A DNA stretch of 64,000 bases, taken from assembly GCA_951406725.2 (NCBI GenBank), contig OX597833.1, positions 1,922,001 through 1,986,000 of the forward strand. The letters run 5' to 3'. Source of the stretch: Octopus vulgaris. Lineage: Eukaryota. Shown here in pieces: positions 1-14,853 of this stretch (positions are counted from its first letter, which is position 1; every line of letters begins with the position of its first letter). The position numbers were made by a program, and so were the translations under genes. The notes under the pieces were generated by a model. The model had not been told where the DNA came from. It ran no database searches and worked only from the letters and a program-made list of their open reading frames with translations.

Positions 1-900
<900 letters not shown>

Positions 901-1070
901 ATATACCTATATATAGGCTAGTAGAAAGTACCTAATATCTACGAAGGAAACAAAAGACGAAGACAGGTATATAATATATTATTATATATAAAATACATAC
1001 ATAACATATTACATATATATATATATATTATATATATGTATTATAAAAAATATAAAAAAAATAAGATAAA

Positions 1071-1294
1071 GGCGGCGAGCTGGCAGAATTGTTAGGACGC
1101 CAGGCGAAATGCTTATCGGTATTTCGTCTGCTGCTACGTTCTGAGTTCAAATTCCGCCGAGGTCGACTTTGCCTTTCATCATTTCAGGGTCGATTAAATA
1201 AGTACCAGTTACGTACTGGGGTCGATATAATCGACTTAATCTGTCTGTCATTGTTTGTCCTCTCTGTGTTTAGCCCCTTGTGGGTAGTAAAGAA

Positions 1295-1297
<3 letters not shown>
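1071..1297 (+). mobile_element. SINE family A (GGCGGCGAGCTGGCAGAA head)
   Basis: A-box-like TGGCAGAATTG and B-box GAGTTCAAATTCC; close copies at 38370-38590 (+) and 50585-50815 (-). Confidence 0.85.
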
Positions 1298-1360
<63 letters not shown>

Positions 1361-1476
1361 TATGAATATGCCGTAAGCCACGCACACTTCGAAGTCATTT
1401 GAAGAGATATGAACCTGAGTCTGAACGATTGGAAATAATGTCACCGGATGTTTAGCACGGAGGCTATATACCTGAT

Positions 1477-1867
1477 TGTGGAGGCGCAATGGCCCAGTGA
1501 TTAGGGCAGCGGACTCGCGGTCATAGGATCGCGGTTTCGATTCCCAGACCGGGCGTTGTGAGTGTTTATTGAGCGAAAACACCTAAAAGCTCCACGAGGC
1601 TCCGGCAGGGGATGGTGGTGAACCCTGCTGTACTCTTTCACCACAACTTTCTCTCACTCTTACTTCCTGTTTCTGTTGTACCTGTATTTCAAGGGGCCGG
1701 CTTTGTCACTCTCTGTGTCACGCTGAATATCCCCGAGAACTACGTTAAGGGTACACGTGTCTGTGGAGTGCTCAGCCACTTACACGTTAATTTCACGGGC
1801 AGGCTGTTCCGTTGATTCGGATCAACCGGAACCCTCGTCGTCGTAACCGACGGAGTGCTTCCATCCA
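1477..1867 (+). mobile_element. SINE family B (tRNA-like head, tail type 1)
   Basis: TGGCCCAGTGATTAGG A-box and GGTTTCGATTCCC B-box; homologues at 11311, 30817, 53552 and 55822. Confidence 0.9.
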
Positions 1868-2058
1868 TATACACAGATGGAAGCTTGTTGGTTTTATACA
1901 CACATACACATTGAGACATGCATGCTCACGCAGATATACACCGTCACACAGAGACGTATACACACCAACAAAGAAATTAGAAGCCTGTGTACACCTATAT
2001 ACACTTGTTTTTCTCTCTGAATTGCAATCATGCGCATATACGCAAACACATTCATGCT

Positions 2059-2114
<56 letters not shown>

Positions 2115-2274
2115 TACACATACACACACGTATATATATTTATCTATATCTATGTATATATATATATATAGGTATGGAATGATATATATATATATATATG
2201 TATGTGTGTGTATAAATATGTATGTGCATATGTATATATATATATGTATATATTTGTATATATATGAATATATG

Positions 2275-2311
<37 letters not shown>

Positions 2312-2395
2312 TGTATATAATATATATATATGTATATATAATATATATATACAATATATATATAATGTATATATATATAATATATAATGTATATA

Positions 2396-2461
<66 letters not shown>

Positions 2462-3258
2462 GTATATATATATATACACGCAGGCAACATATGTGTACCT
2501 TCAACTGATTACATAGGTATTAAAAATTAGATGTGCGAATATGTACGTATTTCCTTTCTTTCGTCGGTGCATGCTTAAAGCAGCACTGGCTTTGCTTTTA
2601 CATGTTGTCAGTAAACTTGCCGAGAGGAAAATAACAAAATTTTCTTCTTACAAAATCCACAATTGTACTTTGCAATATATTACTTTGCATATTACATTTC
2701 ATATTATAAATGTAATGTACCATGTTTTAGAATGTGACTTCACGACATATCTGACATCGTCACTCCCGGTGTTTGTATACCCCAAAGCAAAACTCAGGTG
2801 AGGCCACTTCACTAAATGCAGCTAACTGTAAGGTAAAGATATACAGAACATATAGTAAAGGAATAGATGTCTCGCATTTAGGCCAACTGGTGGAAGGATT
2901 ACTGACGTTTTGGTTTTATTACACCTCCTCAGTAATGCATATTCTGCTCAGTTGCTACGACTAAGACTCATCAACGTTTAAATTAACAGAGTACGTGTAC
3001 TGATGTTGATTTTGTATAATCACAGTAAGGTTAAAGGACACTACCCCAAAAATGATTGGTTGATAGAGTGAATAAGCTTTCTGCTCCCTTTGGCGTGTAG
3101 CTCAACGACGATTTTCGCCCCGAATTTCGATTGTAGTTGTTTTTCTATTTCATTCCAATTGGATCCCTGCTTTACCAGCTCTGCGTCAGTATCCTCTCTT
3201 CAACTATTTCAAAAACGTTTTCTCATCTATCCTATGTAAATTCCAAAGCAGGGCCTGA

Positions 3259-3625
3259 CGGGTTCAGTCCCACTGCGGGGCACTTTGGGCAAGTATCTTC
3301 TACTATAGCCTCGGGCCGACCAAAGCTTTGTGAGTGGATTTGGTAGACGGAAACTGAAAGAAGCCCGTCGTATATATGTATATGTATTCGTATGTGTATG
3401 TGTATATGAATGTGTGTTTGCATTTGTTCCCTCATCCCAACATCGCTTGATATCCGATGCTGGTGTGTTTACGTCCTCGTAACTTAGCGGTTTCGCAAAA
3501 GAGACAGATAGAATAAGTACTTGGCTTACAAAGAATAAGTCCTGGGGTCGATTTGCTCTACTAAAGGTGGTGCTCCAGCATGGCCACAATCACATGGCTG
3601 AAACAAGTAAAAGAGTAAAAGAGTA
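3259..3625 (+). mobile_element. SINE family C, 5'-truncated
   Basis: CORE-like TTGGGCAAGT segment, internal microsatellite, (TAAAAGAG)n tail. Confidence 0.85.
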
Positions 3626-3651
3626 TATGTATATATATATTTATACATATA

Positions 3652-3917
3652 TATCACCGTGATCACCGTGACCGACCAGGCTATCAGATGTTGTTACACA
3701 TTGCTGGTCACAATGCGCTTCGCATTGTTTTAGCCTTCAAATGACGCCACCCCGCTGGCTAAGTGGGCAGGCCAACAGAAGAAAGAGTGAGAGAAAAAGT
3801 TGTGGCGAAAGAGTACAGCAGGGATTGCCACCACCCCCTGCCGGAGCCTCGTGGAGCTTTAGGCGTTTTCGCTCAATAAACACTCACAACGCCCGGTCTG
3901 GGAATCGAAACCGCGAT
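3652..3917 (-). mobile_element. SINE family B head and body with an alternative tail (type 2)
   Basis: 3780-3917 is the reverse complement of the family B body; 3652-3775 differs from tail type 1. Confidence 0.75.
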
Positions 3918-3926
3918 GTGTGTATG

Positions 3927-3982
<56 letters not shown>

Positions 3983-4158
3983 TACTCTTTTACTTGTTTC
4001 AGTCATCTGACTGCGGCCATGCTGGAGCACCGCATTTAGTCGAGCAAATTGACCCCGGGACTTATTTTTTGTAAGCCCAGTACGTATTCTATCGGTCTCT
4101 TTTGTCGAACCGCTAAATGACGGGGACGTAAACAAACCAGCATCGGTTGTCAAGCAAT
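3983..4158 (-). mobile_element. SINE family C, 3' half
   Basis: Reverse complement of the family C 3' segment including its tail. Confidence 0.85.
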
Positions 4159-5452
4159 ATATATATATCAGATATTATATCTAAGCATTTAGCAAACTGT
4201 GATTCTCCCCTGTATTGCTTTTGTTTGCTATAAATGAATTTATCTGTGATTCCAGACGAAATTTAACGATACTAAAACAACGTCTCTCTCACCCACTTCT
4301 TTGTTAAAACATTTGCTTACCTATCAATGCGTTGTTTCTCTTTAAGGATGTTTATTTACCCATCCACTATGATATTCCGAATGCGACATCCGTTCGCTGC
4401 GAACTGTTAAAGATTCAAAGCAGTATTCGTGAAGTGAAGTCAAACTCTTGATGTCTTCATTGTTCGTTACCTGAAGTCAAATTCAGAATGGTCGTACACT
4501 CTAAGCACGTAGCAAATACATTCCTTTTACTCTACATTTTCAAGTAGGTATAATATTGCCATTTTTTGAACGTAGAAATCATACTTCTCTCAGAAAAAAA
4601 AAACTCCCTTTGCTGTTGAATAAAACAAACTTGTAGAGGGGAAGTTTCAGCGTTTTCCTTCAATTTCCTATACCATTTCTGTGGCTGTTTCTGACAAGAA
4701 ATTTTGCTTTCATGTAAAACAACTATATCTTGTAGTCATTATCTGTAATCTTCTCCCAAAACACTTCAGTATCTCTCCATTTTATGATCATTAAAAGTGC
4801 AACGACCTTCACAATAACCAGCCTTAAATTTGGTTTTCTGTTCCTAAGTTAATCGGAAACGTAGATTGCAGTGCTACTCATAAACCTTCTCGGTAGTTAA
4901 ATTATTTAGTGAAAAAATACCACCAGAGCAACCTCAACGGTTCAAAGGACGGGTTCGTTTGATAGTAATAGAAGATAATACATTGAATGAAACTTTAGTT
5001 GATGAAAAGCCAATTACCCCCTTATTTCTGTCAAATTTTTTTTTTATAAAACAATTATTTTGTACCATTATCTGTATGTATACTGTTTCGAGAGACAGCG
5101 ATATTCACAATATATATATCGCAAGAGAGTTATCTTGGAGATTATGCAGTTCGTTTGGAAAGATTTTACAGAGGTAACATTTTCGTATCTCATTATTCCG
5201 ACAAGAACATGACATCAGCACGAACCTCATTACTTTAGAAATTGGTAAAGAACTGCCAGATGTTGCGTACATGCAAAATATTTTTTGCAAAGCTACAAAG
5301 AATGGCATCAACAAAATAACGTGATATTGAAATAAATATACATATGTGCCTATATTATATATATATGAATAGGTATTTGTGCGTGTGTATGTATTTATGC
5401 ATATATATATATATACCTCATGTATCTTTCTTTTTTCCCTGTAAATATAAAT

Positions 5453-5509
<57 letters not shown>

Positions 5510-5641
5510 TAAACTTTTGTTTATTCATCATCACGCGATACACACAAATACACACACATAATCATTCAGGTGCATAAAGAGAACAATATATACAAACACA
5601 GAGAATCCGTGTACGTTTCTTTAATAAACTTCAATGTAGAC

Positions 5642-5700
<59 letters not shown>

Positions 5701-5744
5701 ATATATATATCTTCACACGTTATTATGCACATTACCAAACATAC

Positions 5745-5877
<133 letters not shown>

Positions 5878-6257
5878 CACATTAGAAATAGCTTTATATT
5901 CTATATTAAGATACGCTATTTTCCCCTTCAAGCTAAATTTTTTTTCCCGTTTTACTTTCACTAGTGGAAGCATATATATTCCATGTGACCTTTGAAATTG
6001 AATCTCCACGAGAATATGGACACACACATTCACACATGCACACACATACACACGCACACACACACACACATACACACATACATACGCCTACACACACAGA
6101 CAAACACACACACACACAAACACACAGATATATATACATATGTATATACACACATATACAGATACATATAATTATGTATATCTAAATAAATATGCATTTA
6201 TGTATACGTATATATGTGTATATATTATACGTGTGTGTATGCACACATATAAGTGTA

Positions 6258-6305
<48 letters not shown>

Positions 6306-7057
6306 TACACACACATATATATATATATATATATGTATTTATATATATATAAACACCCATGCTTAGTTTCGTTAACACATACAGGTAGGGAAACGTCTTG
6401 AAAGATACACATGCGCAATGCATACATAGTCAAAAGTATAGAAGTACGCATGCCCCTTATCCATAAACATATACACACGCGCATACTCATAAACAATTAT
6501 ATACATATACACACAAACACACGCCCACACACTCACACATGCACTCACGTGTACATACATATATACATATATATGTGTGTGCGTGCATATATATATGTAT
6601 ATATATGAATGTATAAATATATATACAGACATATATATATGTGTGTGTGTGTGTGTGTATATAAGTTTGTTGGTATGCCTTAAGCCATGCAGATTCAGTA
6701 TGCACCGCGGCAGTGTCTGTCCGTTTATATGGAACAAATCGAAAATATTTGGAAAGATCCTAAATATGGTTATGTGCGGCACGTCCATAGTTGTGCATCC
6801 AGGCTATAAACATGACTTCTGTTCTCTCTTTCTCACTGATCAAGGGTTTCTAAGTTCACCCACACACGCACGCACACAGACACAAACACACACAACCATA
6901 CACAAACACACGCACACACAAACACAAACATACACTTGCACACATATGTACGCACTTGCTCGGTCGAACTTAGAAACTGTGGAAATACATAAATACCCAC
7001 AAATACACACACACATACACATACATACAGATGCACAAACACCTACATACACACACA

Positions 7058-7105
<48 letters not shown>

Positions 7106-7473
7106 CACACAAACAGATATATACACATACTCGTTGGAATTAAGAGATAGTGAAAATACGCACAAAGACCGTCAGCCACACAGAAATAAGATACTGACTT
7201 ATATACAACCGTATCAAATTTTTGCAACGTATATTTAAATATAAGTGAGCAAATATTTACACTTCTGGCTAATTATCTATGGGAGGACTCCCTCGGTTTC
7301 ATTCTCCACAGGATTGCTTTCTCACTGATAATACTTACCTGTATTTATTCTTAAATATTCTTCTTTTCCCAAATAAAATACATTTAATATTTTCGGCTCT
7401 CGTGAAGCTGCAAGGTGTTACTAACGCACTCAGCTACGGAAATTATAGCGGAAACGGCTGTAAGCTACTGAAC

Positions 7474-7539
<66 letters not shown>

Positions 7540-7547
7540 TCTCTCTT

Positions 7548-7764
7548 TCTTTTACTTGTTTCAGTCATTTGACTGCGGCCATGCTGGAGCACCGCCTTTA
7601 GTCGCGCAAATCGATCCTGGGACTTATTCTTTTATGTAAGCCCAGTACTTATTCTATCGGTCTCTTTTGCCGAACCGCTAAGTGACGGGGACGTAAACAC
7701 AACAGCATCGGTTGTCAAGCAATGCTTTTGTGACAAACACAGACACACAAACACACACACACAT

Positions 7765-7813
<49 letters not shown>

Positions 7814-7979
7814 TACGACAGGCTTCTTTCAGTTTCCGTCTACCAAATCCACTCACAAGGCATTGGTCGGCCCGGGGCTATAGCAGAAGACGCTTGCCTA
7901 AGATGCCACGCAGTGGGACTGAACTCGGAACCATGTGGTTGTTTAGCAAGCTATTTACCACACAGCCACTCCTGCGCCT
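7548..7979 (-). mobile_element. SINE family C, full length
   Basis: Head AGGCGCAGGAGTGGCTGTGTGGTAA on the minus strand, internal (TA)n(TG)n, 3' tail. Confidence 0.9.
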
Positions 7980-8160
7980 AGAAGATAATCATGTATTCGT
8001 TTGTCATTTCTATATTTCTTAGGTGAAAAATACGTAAACACACGGGAGGAAACGAACGGGACAAGGTACCAAAAGATGAGCGAGTTATCTTCGTTTGGTT
8101 TCCTTTAAACTCCTGTCACGTGTTTAACTATTTTTCACTCATTAGTGAAAATTACAACTC

Positions 8161-8321
8161 GGAGTGGCTGTGTGGTAAGTAGCTCGTTTACCAACCACAT
8201 GGTTCCGGGTTCAATCCCACTGCGTGGCACCTTGGTGCAAGTGTCTTCTGCTATAGCCTCAGGCCAACCAAAGACTTGTGAGTGGATTTGGTAGACGGGA
8301 ACTGAAAAGAAACCCGTTGTA

Positions 8322-8377
<56 letters not shown>

Positions 8378-8479
8378 TAATACTAAGTAATTAAGGGTTT
8401 AGCAACGATTTGCCTCACCACACACCGAATTTAGAAATAGCAATTATTCCAAATTAATTAATTTCACCCTATATTATTA

Positions 8480-8527
<48 letters not shown>

Positions 8528-8747
8528 TGTGTGTGTTTGTGTGTCTGTGTTTGTCCGCCTAGCATTGCTTGACAACCGATGCTGGTGTGTTTACGTCCTC
8601 GTTACTTAGCGGTTCGGCAAAAGGACCGATAGAATAAGTACTGGACTTACAAAAAGAATAAGTACTGGGGTCGAGTTGCTCGGTTAAAGGCGGTACCCCA
8701 GCATGGCCGCAGTCAAATGACTGAAACTAGTGAAAGAGTAAAAGAGT
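8161..8747 (+). mobile_element. SINE family C with a 107-bp insert (8376-8482) in its internal (TA)n
   Basis: Both SINE halves are intact; the extra sequence has (TA)n on both sides. Confidence 0.85.
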
Positions 8748-9044
8748 CTAAACTCTGGCGGCCTTTAATGGTTGTCTTCGTCGATTGTTTACTCTGTACG
8801 TCCACCGTTATTGTTTGTTCGTTCGAAGCACAAACTCTCCACAAATTTTATATTTTTAAAATCTCTGGATGATGCTGTCTTATGATGTTTTCCTATGTTG
8901 TCGTTAAATGCACGAAATAGGGAGTAATAAACAATTCGACGACCATGAACGAGTTGTCTTCTTTTGGTATTTTGTCCTCTACTTTTCTCTCGGAAATTTA
9001 CGTATGTTTCACTCGTTAGTGATGTTCTGTACTTAATGCGTTTA

Positions 9045-9348
9045 TCTTTATATATAAAACTGAAGTTGTGTGTGTGTCTGTCTCCTCCGATTTAGATTCC
9101 TAACTACTCCCACATTTTGCGGTGCAGTTTAACCAAAAGCGGGTATCTTATAGTCGTGATTCACATCGAGCCCTTCTGGGTATTAGCACGCGTCTACGAT
9201 GAGTCTACGATTTTTAAAAAAATTGCCATCATTTTTCCGCATTTTTAATGCATTTTTTGCTCGGTTTCTATAAGGGAAGTAACTCTCTAAAAATGCTAAT
9301 ATAGTTATTTCCCTTACAAAACCGAGCAACCCCGGGCGATACTGCTAG
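9045..9348 (+). mobile_element. Non-autonomous Helitron
   Basis: 5'-TC, 3'-CTAG, GC-rich subterminal hairpin (CCGAGCAACCCCGGG), inserted between A and T with no TSD; 3' end shared with the copies at 27672 and 52488. Confidence 0.8.
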
Positions 9349-9769
9349 TTTATTTATAATTGAACGCCACAGTATGCCCACAGTATGTTGCCTTGCCCAC
9401 AGTATGTCCTTACACACACACATCTAGAACACAAATCTCCATAACAGAAAACACGCTTTCTAGAATATGATTAAAAATTCCAACAAAGCAGATATCTACG
9501 AGGGTTGGATGGACCCAACACCAATTATTGTCCCACGCAAATTCCAAATCAAAATAATACCAAATGAACCTGGAAGGTTAGCCCTCTTCCATCTGAAATC
9601 AGAGATCGAACTACTAAGACTTAAGGCCTCCGTCAACCACATCGACTTTCGATGCTTTTGTTACCCGGAGAAAGAGTACAAGACATTTGCCCCAAGTTCC
9701 CACGCAGTGAGATTGAACCCGAAATCATGTGATTGAGAAGCGATCTTCTTACCATACAACTATCACTGC

Positions 9770-9800
<31 letters not shown>

Positions 9801-9881
9801 TTAGAGATAAAACCACTATTAGGCAAATCAAACAATGAAAAACTTAAGCCAATACATAAAATTAATTAATTTATATTATTT

Positions 9882-9950
<69 letters not shown>

Positions 9951-9953
9951 TTA

Positions 9954-10014
<61 letters not shown>

Positions 10015-10850
10015 CATCGCTAAGGGTACAATTGTGTGTTGAATTCTAAATTTTATACAATGTTATATTTAATTTCCTAATTTAAAATTTAATTATTCTC
10101 TGATCTTTGGGGATTTCAGAATGCTCTTGTATGCCAAATTTATTGCTTTCTTAAAATGCAAAATTATTTAATAAGCAATCTTGAAGTTTTAAACACTAAC
10201 GCATACGAGGAATAATGGGCCACAATTGTCGTTCTAAGAATTTCCCTATAAATAATCACCGTTTGTTCAAAAGTAATACTTATATAAATATAATAAAAAT
10301 GTTAAATTTTATGTCATTAATATTTAATGTATGCCTAACTATGGATTGAAGCAAAGGTGTTGGCATTGAATGTTTAGGTTTATCACGAAAATTGTATATT
10401 ACATTTAAGAATCATAAACTTATATTTACAGTCCACCAAAATCCAATTACATAAAATAATTAATTCCATCTTAGATAATATCTGTGGTAAAGTGTTGTAA
10501 ACAACGAATTTACTATTATGGAACAGCGATATAGCTATTACTATATGGTTCAATAATATTGATAAAATGTATCTTTATGAATTTCCCTGGTTTTTTAAGC
10601 ATAATCTTTTATATTCCCATAACCAAATATTTCCTACAAAAATATTGCTTTTCTCAATTATAGATCCATCGGTGATTCTGCAATGAAAACATTCATATGA
10701 GCAATCAATTGCGTTTTTCATTTATTCATTTATTGTATTTACACGAAGGAGAAATTGGTGGGATTGTTATTTTTTACACCTTCCCAATAATTTACCGTGT
10801 GGTTTATAACGAGATGATGGGTTAACTATTACAATTAACATAAACGTGGA

Positions 10851-11143
10851 ACATTAGATAAATTCCGAAAATAAAGTTATTTGCAATTTGTATAGTCTGG
10901 ATAAGTAAGGACATAGTAAGGGGCACTGCCCACGCTCATCCCGGACAAACAATAGATAAATTCCGAAAATAAAGTTATTTGCAATTTGTATAGTCTGGAT
11001 AAGTAAGGACATAGTAAGGGGCACTGACCACGCTCATTCCGGACAAACATTAGATAAATTCCGAAAATAAAGTTATTTGTAATTTGTATAGTCTGGATAA
11101 GTATGGATAAATCAAGGGGCAGGGCCCACGATCATCCAGGACC
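10851..11143. repeat. Tandem repeat, 3 x 98 bp
   Basis: Units start at 10851, 10949 and 11047 (ACA(T/A)TAGATAAATTCCGAAAATAAAG...). Confidence 0.95.
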
Positions 11144-11144
11144 A

Positions 11145-11835
11145 TCATAGACCGCCGGGTTTTATGAAAGTAATGATCCTCTTGAATAGTTGTATTTCAG
11201 CAATTATGGGAAAGACAGAAGCAGAAAGACGATTCCTGAGTGTCGAGTATCTGGGAAGGAAGGATCGGCCGTAGGAGATTTGTAGAGAGTTTGTGTGTTT
11301 GGGTGGATATATGGAAACACTCCGTCGGTTACGACGACGAGGGTTCCGGTTGATCCGATCAACGGAACAGCCTGCTCGTGAAATTAACGTGTAAGTGGCT
11401 GAGCACTCCACAGACACGTGCACCCTTAACGTAATTCTCGGTGATATTTAGCGTGACACAGAGAGTGACAAGGCCGGCCCTTTGAAATACAGGTACAACA
11501 GAAACAGGAAGTAAGAGTGAGAGAATGTTGTGGTGAAAGAGTACAGCAGGGATCACCACCATCCCTGCCGGAGCCTCGTGGAGCTTTAGGTGTTTTCGCT
11601 CAATAAACACTCACAACGCCCGGTCTGGGAATCGAAACCGCGATTCTACGACCGCGAGTCCGCTGCCCTAACCACTGGGCCATTGCGCCTCCACGTGCGT
11701 TTGGGTACTGCAAGTGAGGCGGGAGAGAGAGAGAGAAAGAGCGTGACGAGTGGGTTTGAAGGTGTGAGCCAAGCTTTGATCGAGGAGTCGGAACCATTAT
11801 AGTAACAGCAGAAAAGGTAAAAAGAGGAGACAGAT
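11145..11835 (-). pseudogene. Decayed LINE ORF2 C-terminus interrupted by a SINE B
   Basis: Minus-strand peptides FYLFCCYYNG and SYGRSFLPRYSTLRNRLSASVFP..LFKR resemble LINE C-terminal motifs (SFFPRT..LWN.LP..VFP). Confidence 0.55.
11311..11694 (-). mobile_element. SINE family B with a 12-bp TSD
   Basis: Reverse complement of 1477-1867; flanked by GTGTGTTTGGGT (11293) and GTGCGTTTGGGT (11695). Confidence 0.9.
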
Positions 11836-12145
11836 TTAATATCGTAAGACATCAAATTAAATATTTGAAAAGCAAGAAACTCTTTAGGAGTCCAAATGGG
11901 GGAATAAAAGGTACATAGATATTGCTTTAAGCCATGTGGTTGCCATTAAAATTAAATTTAGATTCAGAGCGTAAAGCGAAGATGAGAAATTAATGATCTT
12001 TTCGCATGCGTGATTTTATTGGTATGAAACTCATTGATTCCAAATTAAATTCTGGGTAAAAACAAATCCATTTTCGAGGTAATATTCAGTTATCGAAGAA
12101 TGAAATACAGTATCCCTATGGGGATATATATATGTGTGTGCGTGC

Positions 12146-12202
<57 letters not shown>

Positions 12203-12346
12203 CTTGCAGGTATATATGTATACATATATGAGTATATATGTACGTATATATATATATATATATATATCTCCCCCCCCACAGGGATATATATGTGTATGTG
12301 TGTATACATACACATATATACATATATATATATATATACACACACG

Positions 12347-12387
<41 letters not shown>

Positions 12388-12539
12388 CTGTGTGTGTACA
12401 CATGTATGCATACGCATTTCTATGTAAATATATGTGTATATATACATATATTTGTGTGTGTATATATTTTATGTATATTTATGCATGTAGATGTGAGTAT
12501 GCATATGTATATATAGATACATACACATATATGCCTATA

Positions 12540-12582
<43 letters not shown>

Positions 12583-12605
12583 ATGTATATATATGTATAT
12601 GTATA

Positions 12606-12644
<39 letters not shown>

Positions 12645-12655
12645 GTATATATATG

Positions 12656-12705
<50 letters not shown>

Positions 12706-13161
12706 TACATCTAAACATATATGTATTTGTAAGTTTGCAATGTGTGTGTATGTGTATGTATGTATGTGTGTGTGTTGCCCGTTTAATGGTAGGAATGCTA
12801 TTATTTCTTAGTAGTAGATGAATTTCTTTATTTAATTTTAAGTATAACGGAGCCTGGCATAATTTTACTCATTATATCTAACTCAATTTGTGTCGGATAT
12901 GCTACGTTATTTGATATTATTTTTAATAAAACCGATTAGGCTTTTTTTTCTTCAATATGGTGGATCTCCACACTTATACGATTATCACTCAGCTTTTCGA
13001 TCAATTGAATTACCTACTCCAGACTTAATGTGTAAGTGGTTGAGTATTCCAAAGACACGTGTACCTTTAATGTTAGACATAGAGAAAGTCTATGTGATAA
13101 AGCTGTCTTTTCTGAATTACACACACACACATACACACACACATATATATGTATATATATA

Positions 13162-13576
13162 TACTCTTTTACTCTTTTACTCTTCTACTTGTTTCAGTCA
13201 TTTGACTGCGGCCATGCTGGAGCACCGCCTTTTAATCGAGCAAATCGACCCGGGAATTAATCTTTTGTAAGCCCAGTACTTATTCTATCGATATCTTTTG
13301 CCAAACCGCTAAGTAACGGGGACATAAACACACCAGCATCGGTTGTCAAGCAATGCTAGGGGGACAAACACAGACACACAAACACACGCACGCATTTATA
13401 TATGTACATATATACGACGGGCTTCTTTTCAGTTTCCGTCTACCAAATCCACTCACAAGGCTTTGGTCGGCCCGAGGCTATAGCAGAAGACAGTTGCCCA
13501 AGGTGCCACGCAGTGGGACTGAACCCGGAACCATGTGGTTGGTAAACAAGCTACTTACCACACAGCCACTCCTGCG

Positions 13577-13579
<3 letters not shown>
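13162..13579 (-). mobile_element. SINE family C, full length
   Basis: Near-identical to the copies at 7548 and 15097. Confidence 0.9.
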
Positions 13580-13618
<39 letters not shown>

Positions 13619-13744
13619 TTCAGCAAAAATATAGATTCGAATGAATATGGTACTTAAGTTGGATGCACCAGAATTCTGTATGGTGTTATCCATAAAAATC
13701 CGTGGGGTGATTATAATCAAAATAAGCAACAAGAATGACTCCGG

Positions 13745-13837
13745 TAATTTGGTACAGTTGTTTCGCACTACATCATTTTATTAAATGTTGTAAGTATTAC
13801 AATAGATTTAAGATGCTGAGTACTCATCAGCCAATTA
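13745..13837 (-). ncRNA. Type I hammerhead ribozyme
   Basis: Minus strand: taattgg CTGATGA gtac...gtgc GAAAC aact GTA ccaaatta. Confidence 0.8.
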
Positions 13838-14222
13838 GATAGGTTTTCCATTAATACAAAAGTTTTCAAATCAAGTAGTAACATTATAAAGAAGGTAGAT
13901 ATACGGACAAAGATGTAGATTTAAATTTTAAAAACATATGAGGTAGTAAAGTCCTTCCACTTACTGACCAAGCTATGGCTGTATCTAACTGCTATAAGGC
14001 TAGAAGCAATATAGAATTTTTTACCCCATCCCTACCACTAAAAATCTTTATTACTTCTAACCTTATAGCAGTTAGATAGAGCCATAGCTTGGTCAGTCAG
14101 TGGTTAGACTTCACTGCCTTATATGTTCTTAAAATTTAAATATACATCTTTGTCTGTATATCTATCTTCTCTATAATGTTGCCACTTGATTTGAAAAGTT
14201 TTGTATTAATGGAAAACCTCTA

Positions 14223-14315
14223 TAATTGGCTGATGAGTACTCAGCATCTTAAATCTGTTGTAATACTTACAACATTTAATAAAATGATGTAGTACGAAAC
14301 GATCGTACCAAATTA
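14223..14315 (+). ncRNA. Type I hammerhead ribozyme
   Basis: taattgg CTGATGA(14230) gtact..long hairpin..agtac GAAAC gatc GTA(14307) ccaaatta; stems I, II and III all pair. Confidence 0.88.
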
Positions 14316-14342
14316 CCGGAGTCATTCTTGTTGCTTATTTTG

Positions 14343-14398
<56 letters not shown>

Positions 14399-14687
14399 TA
14401 CAATGTTTGGTTTAAGGAGCCACATCTGACGGGCACCACGATGGAGATAAGGTGTAAGTACAAGAGGGGATTAGATTCCTTACGAGGGGTAAACAACCAC
14501 CATATATATGTATATATTTGTGTGTGTGTGTGTCTGTTTGTCCCCACACCATTGCTCGAACACTGATACTGGTATGTTCATGTTCCCGTAACCTAGCGGT
14601 TCGGCAAACAATTTCCGATAAATAAGTACTATAAGTGACTGAAACATGTACAAGATTAAAAGAATATAATACACACATACATACATG

Positions 14688-14766
<79 letters not shown>

Positions 14767-14810
14767 AACATGTCAAGATAGAAAATGCTAAAATAATTTT
14801 TTAAAGAACA

Positions 14811-14853
14811 TTTCAGTACCGGTTTCTGTCATTTGAGACCTTTTCAACTGTAA
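14811..14853 (-). ncRNA. Minimal hammerhead-like motif with U3:A8 core variant, in (TA)n insert 14762-14995
   Basis: Minus strand: ttacag TTGAAAA g gtc tcaaat gac a GAAAC cg GTA ctgaaa. Confidence 0.55.

Larger units (their letters stand above)
13616..14348 (-). mobile_element. Fold-back hammerhead element, family H1 (Penelope pseudo-LTR-like)
   Basis: Inverted arms 13712-14021 and 14040-14348, single-copy tail 13616-13711, (TA)n on both sides, one hammerhead per arm. Confidence 0.85.

Noticed and set aside
10851-11143. Possible CRISPR-like array
   Set aside because: The units are contiguous with no unique spacers, in a eukaryotic context.
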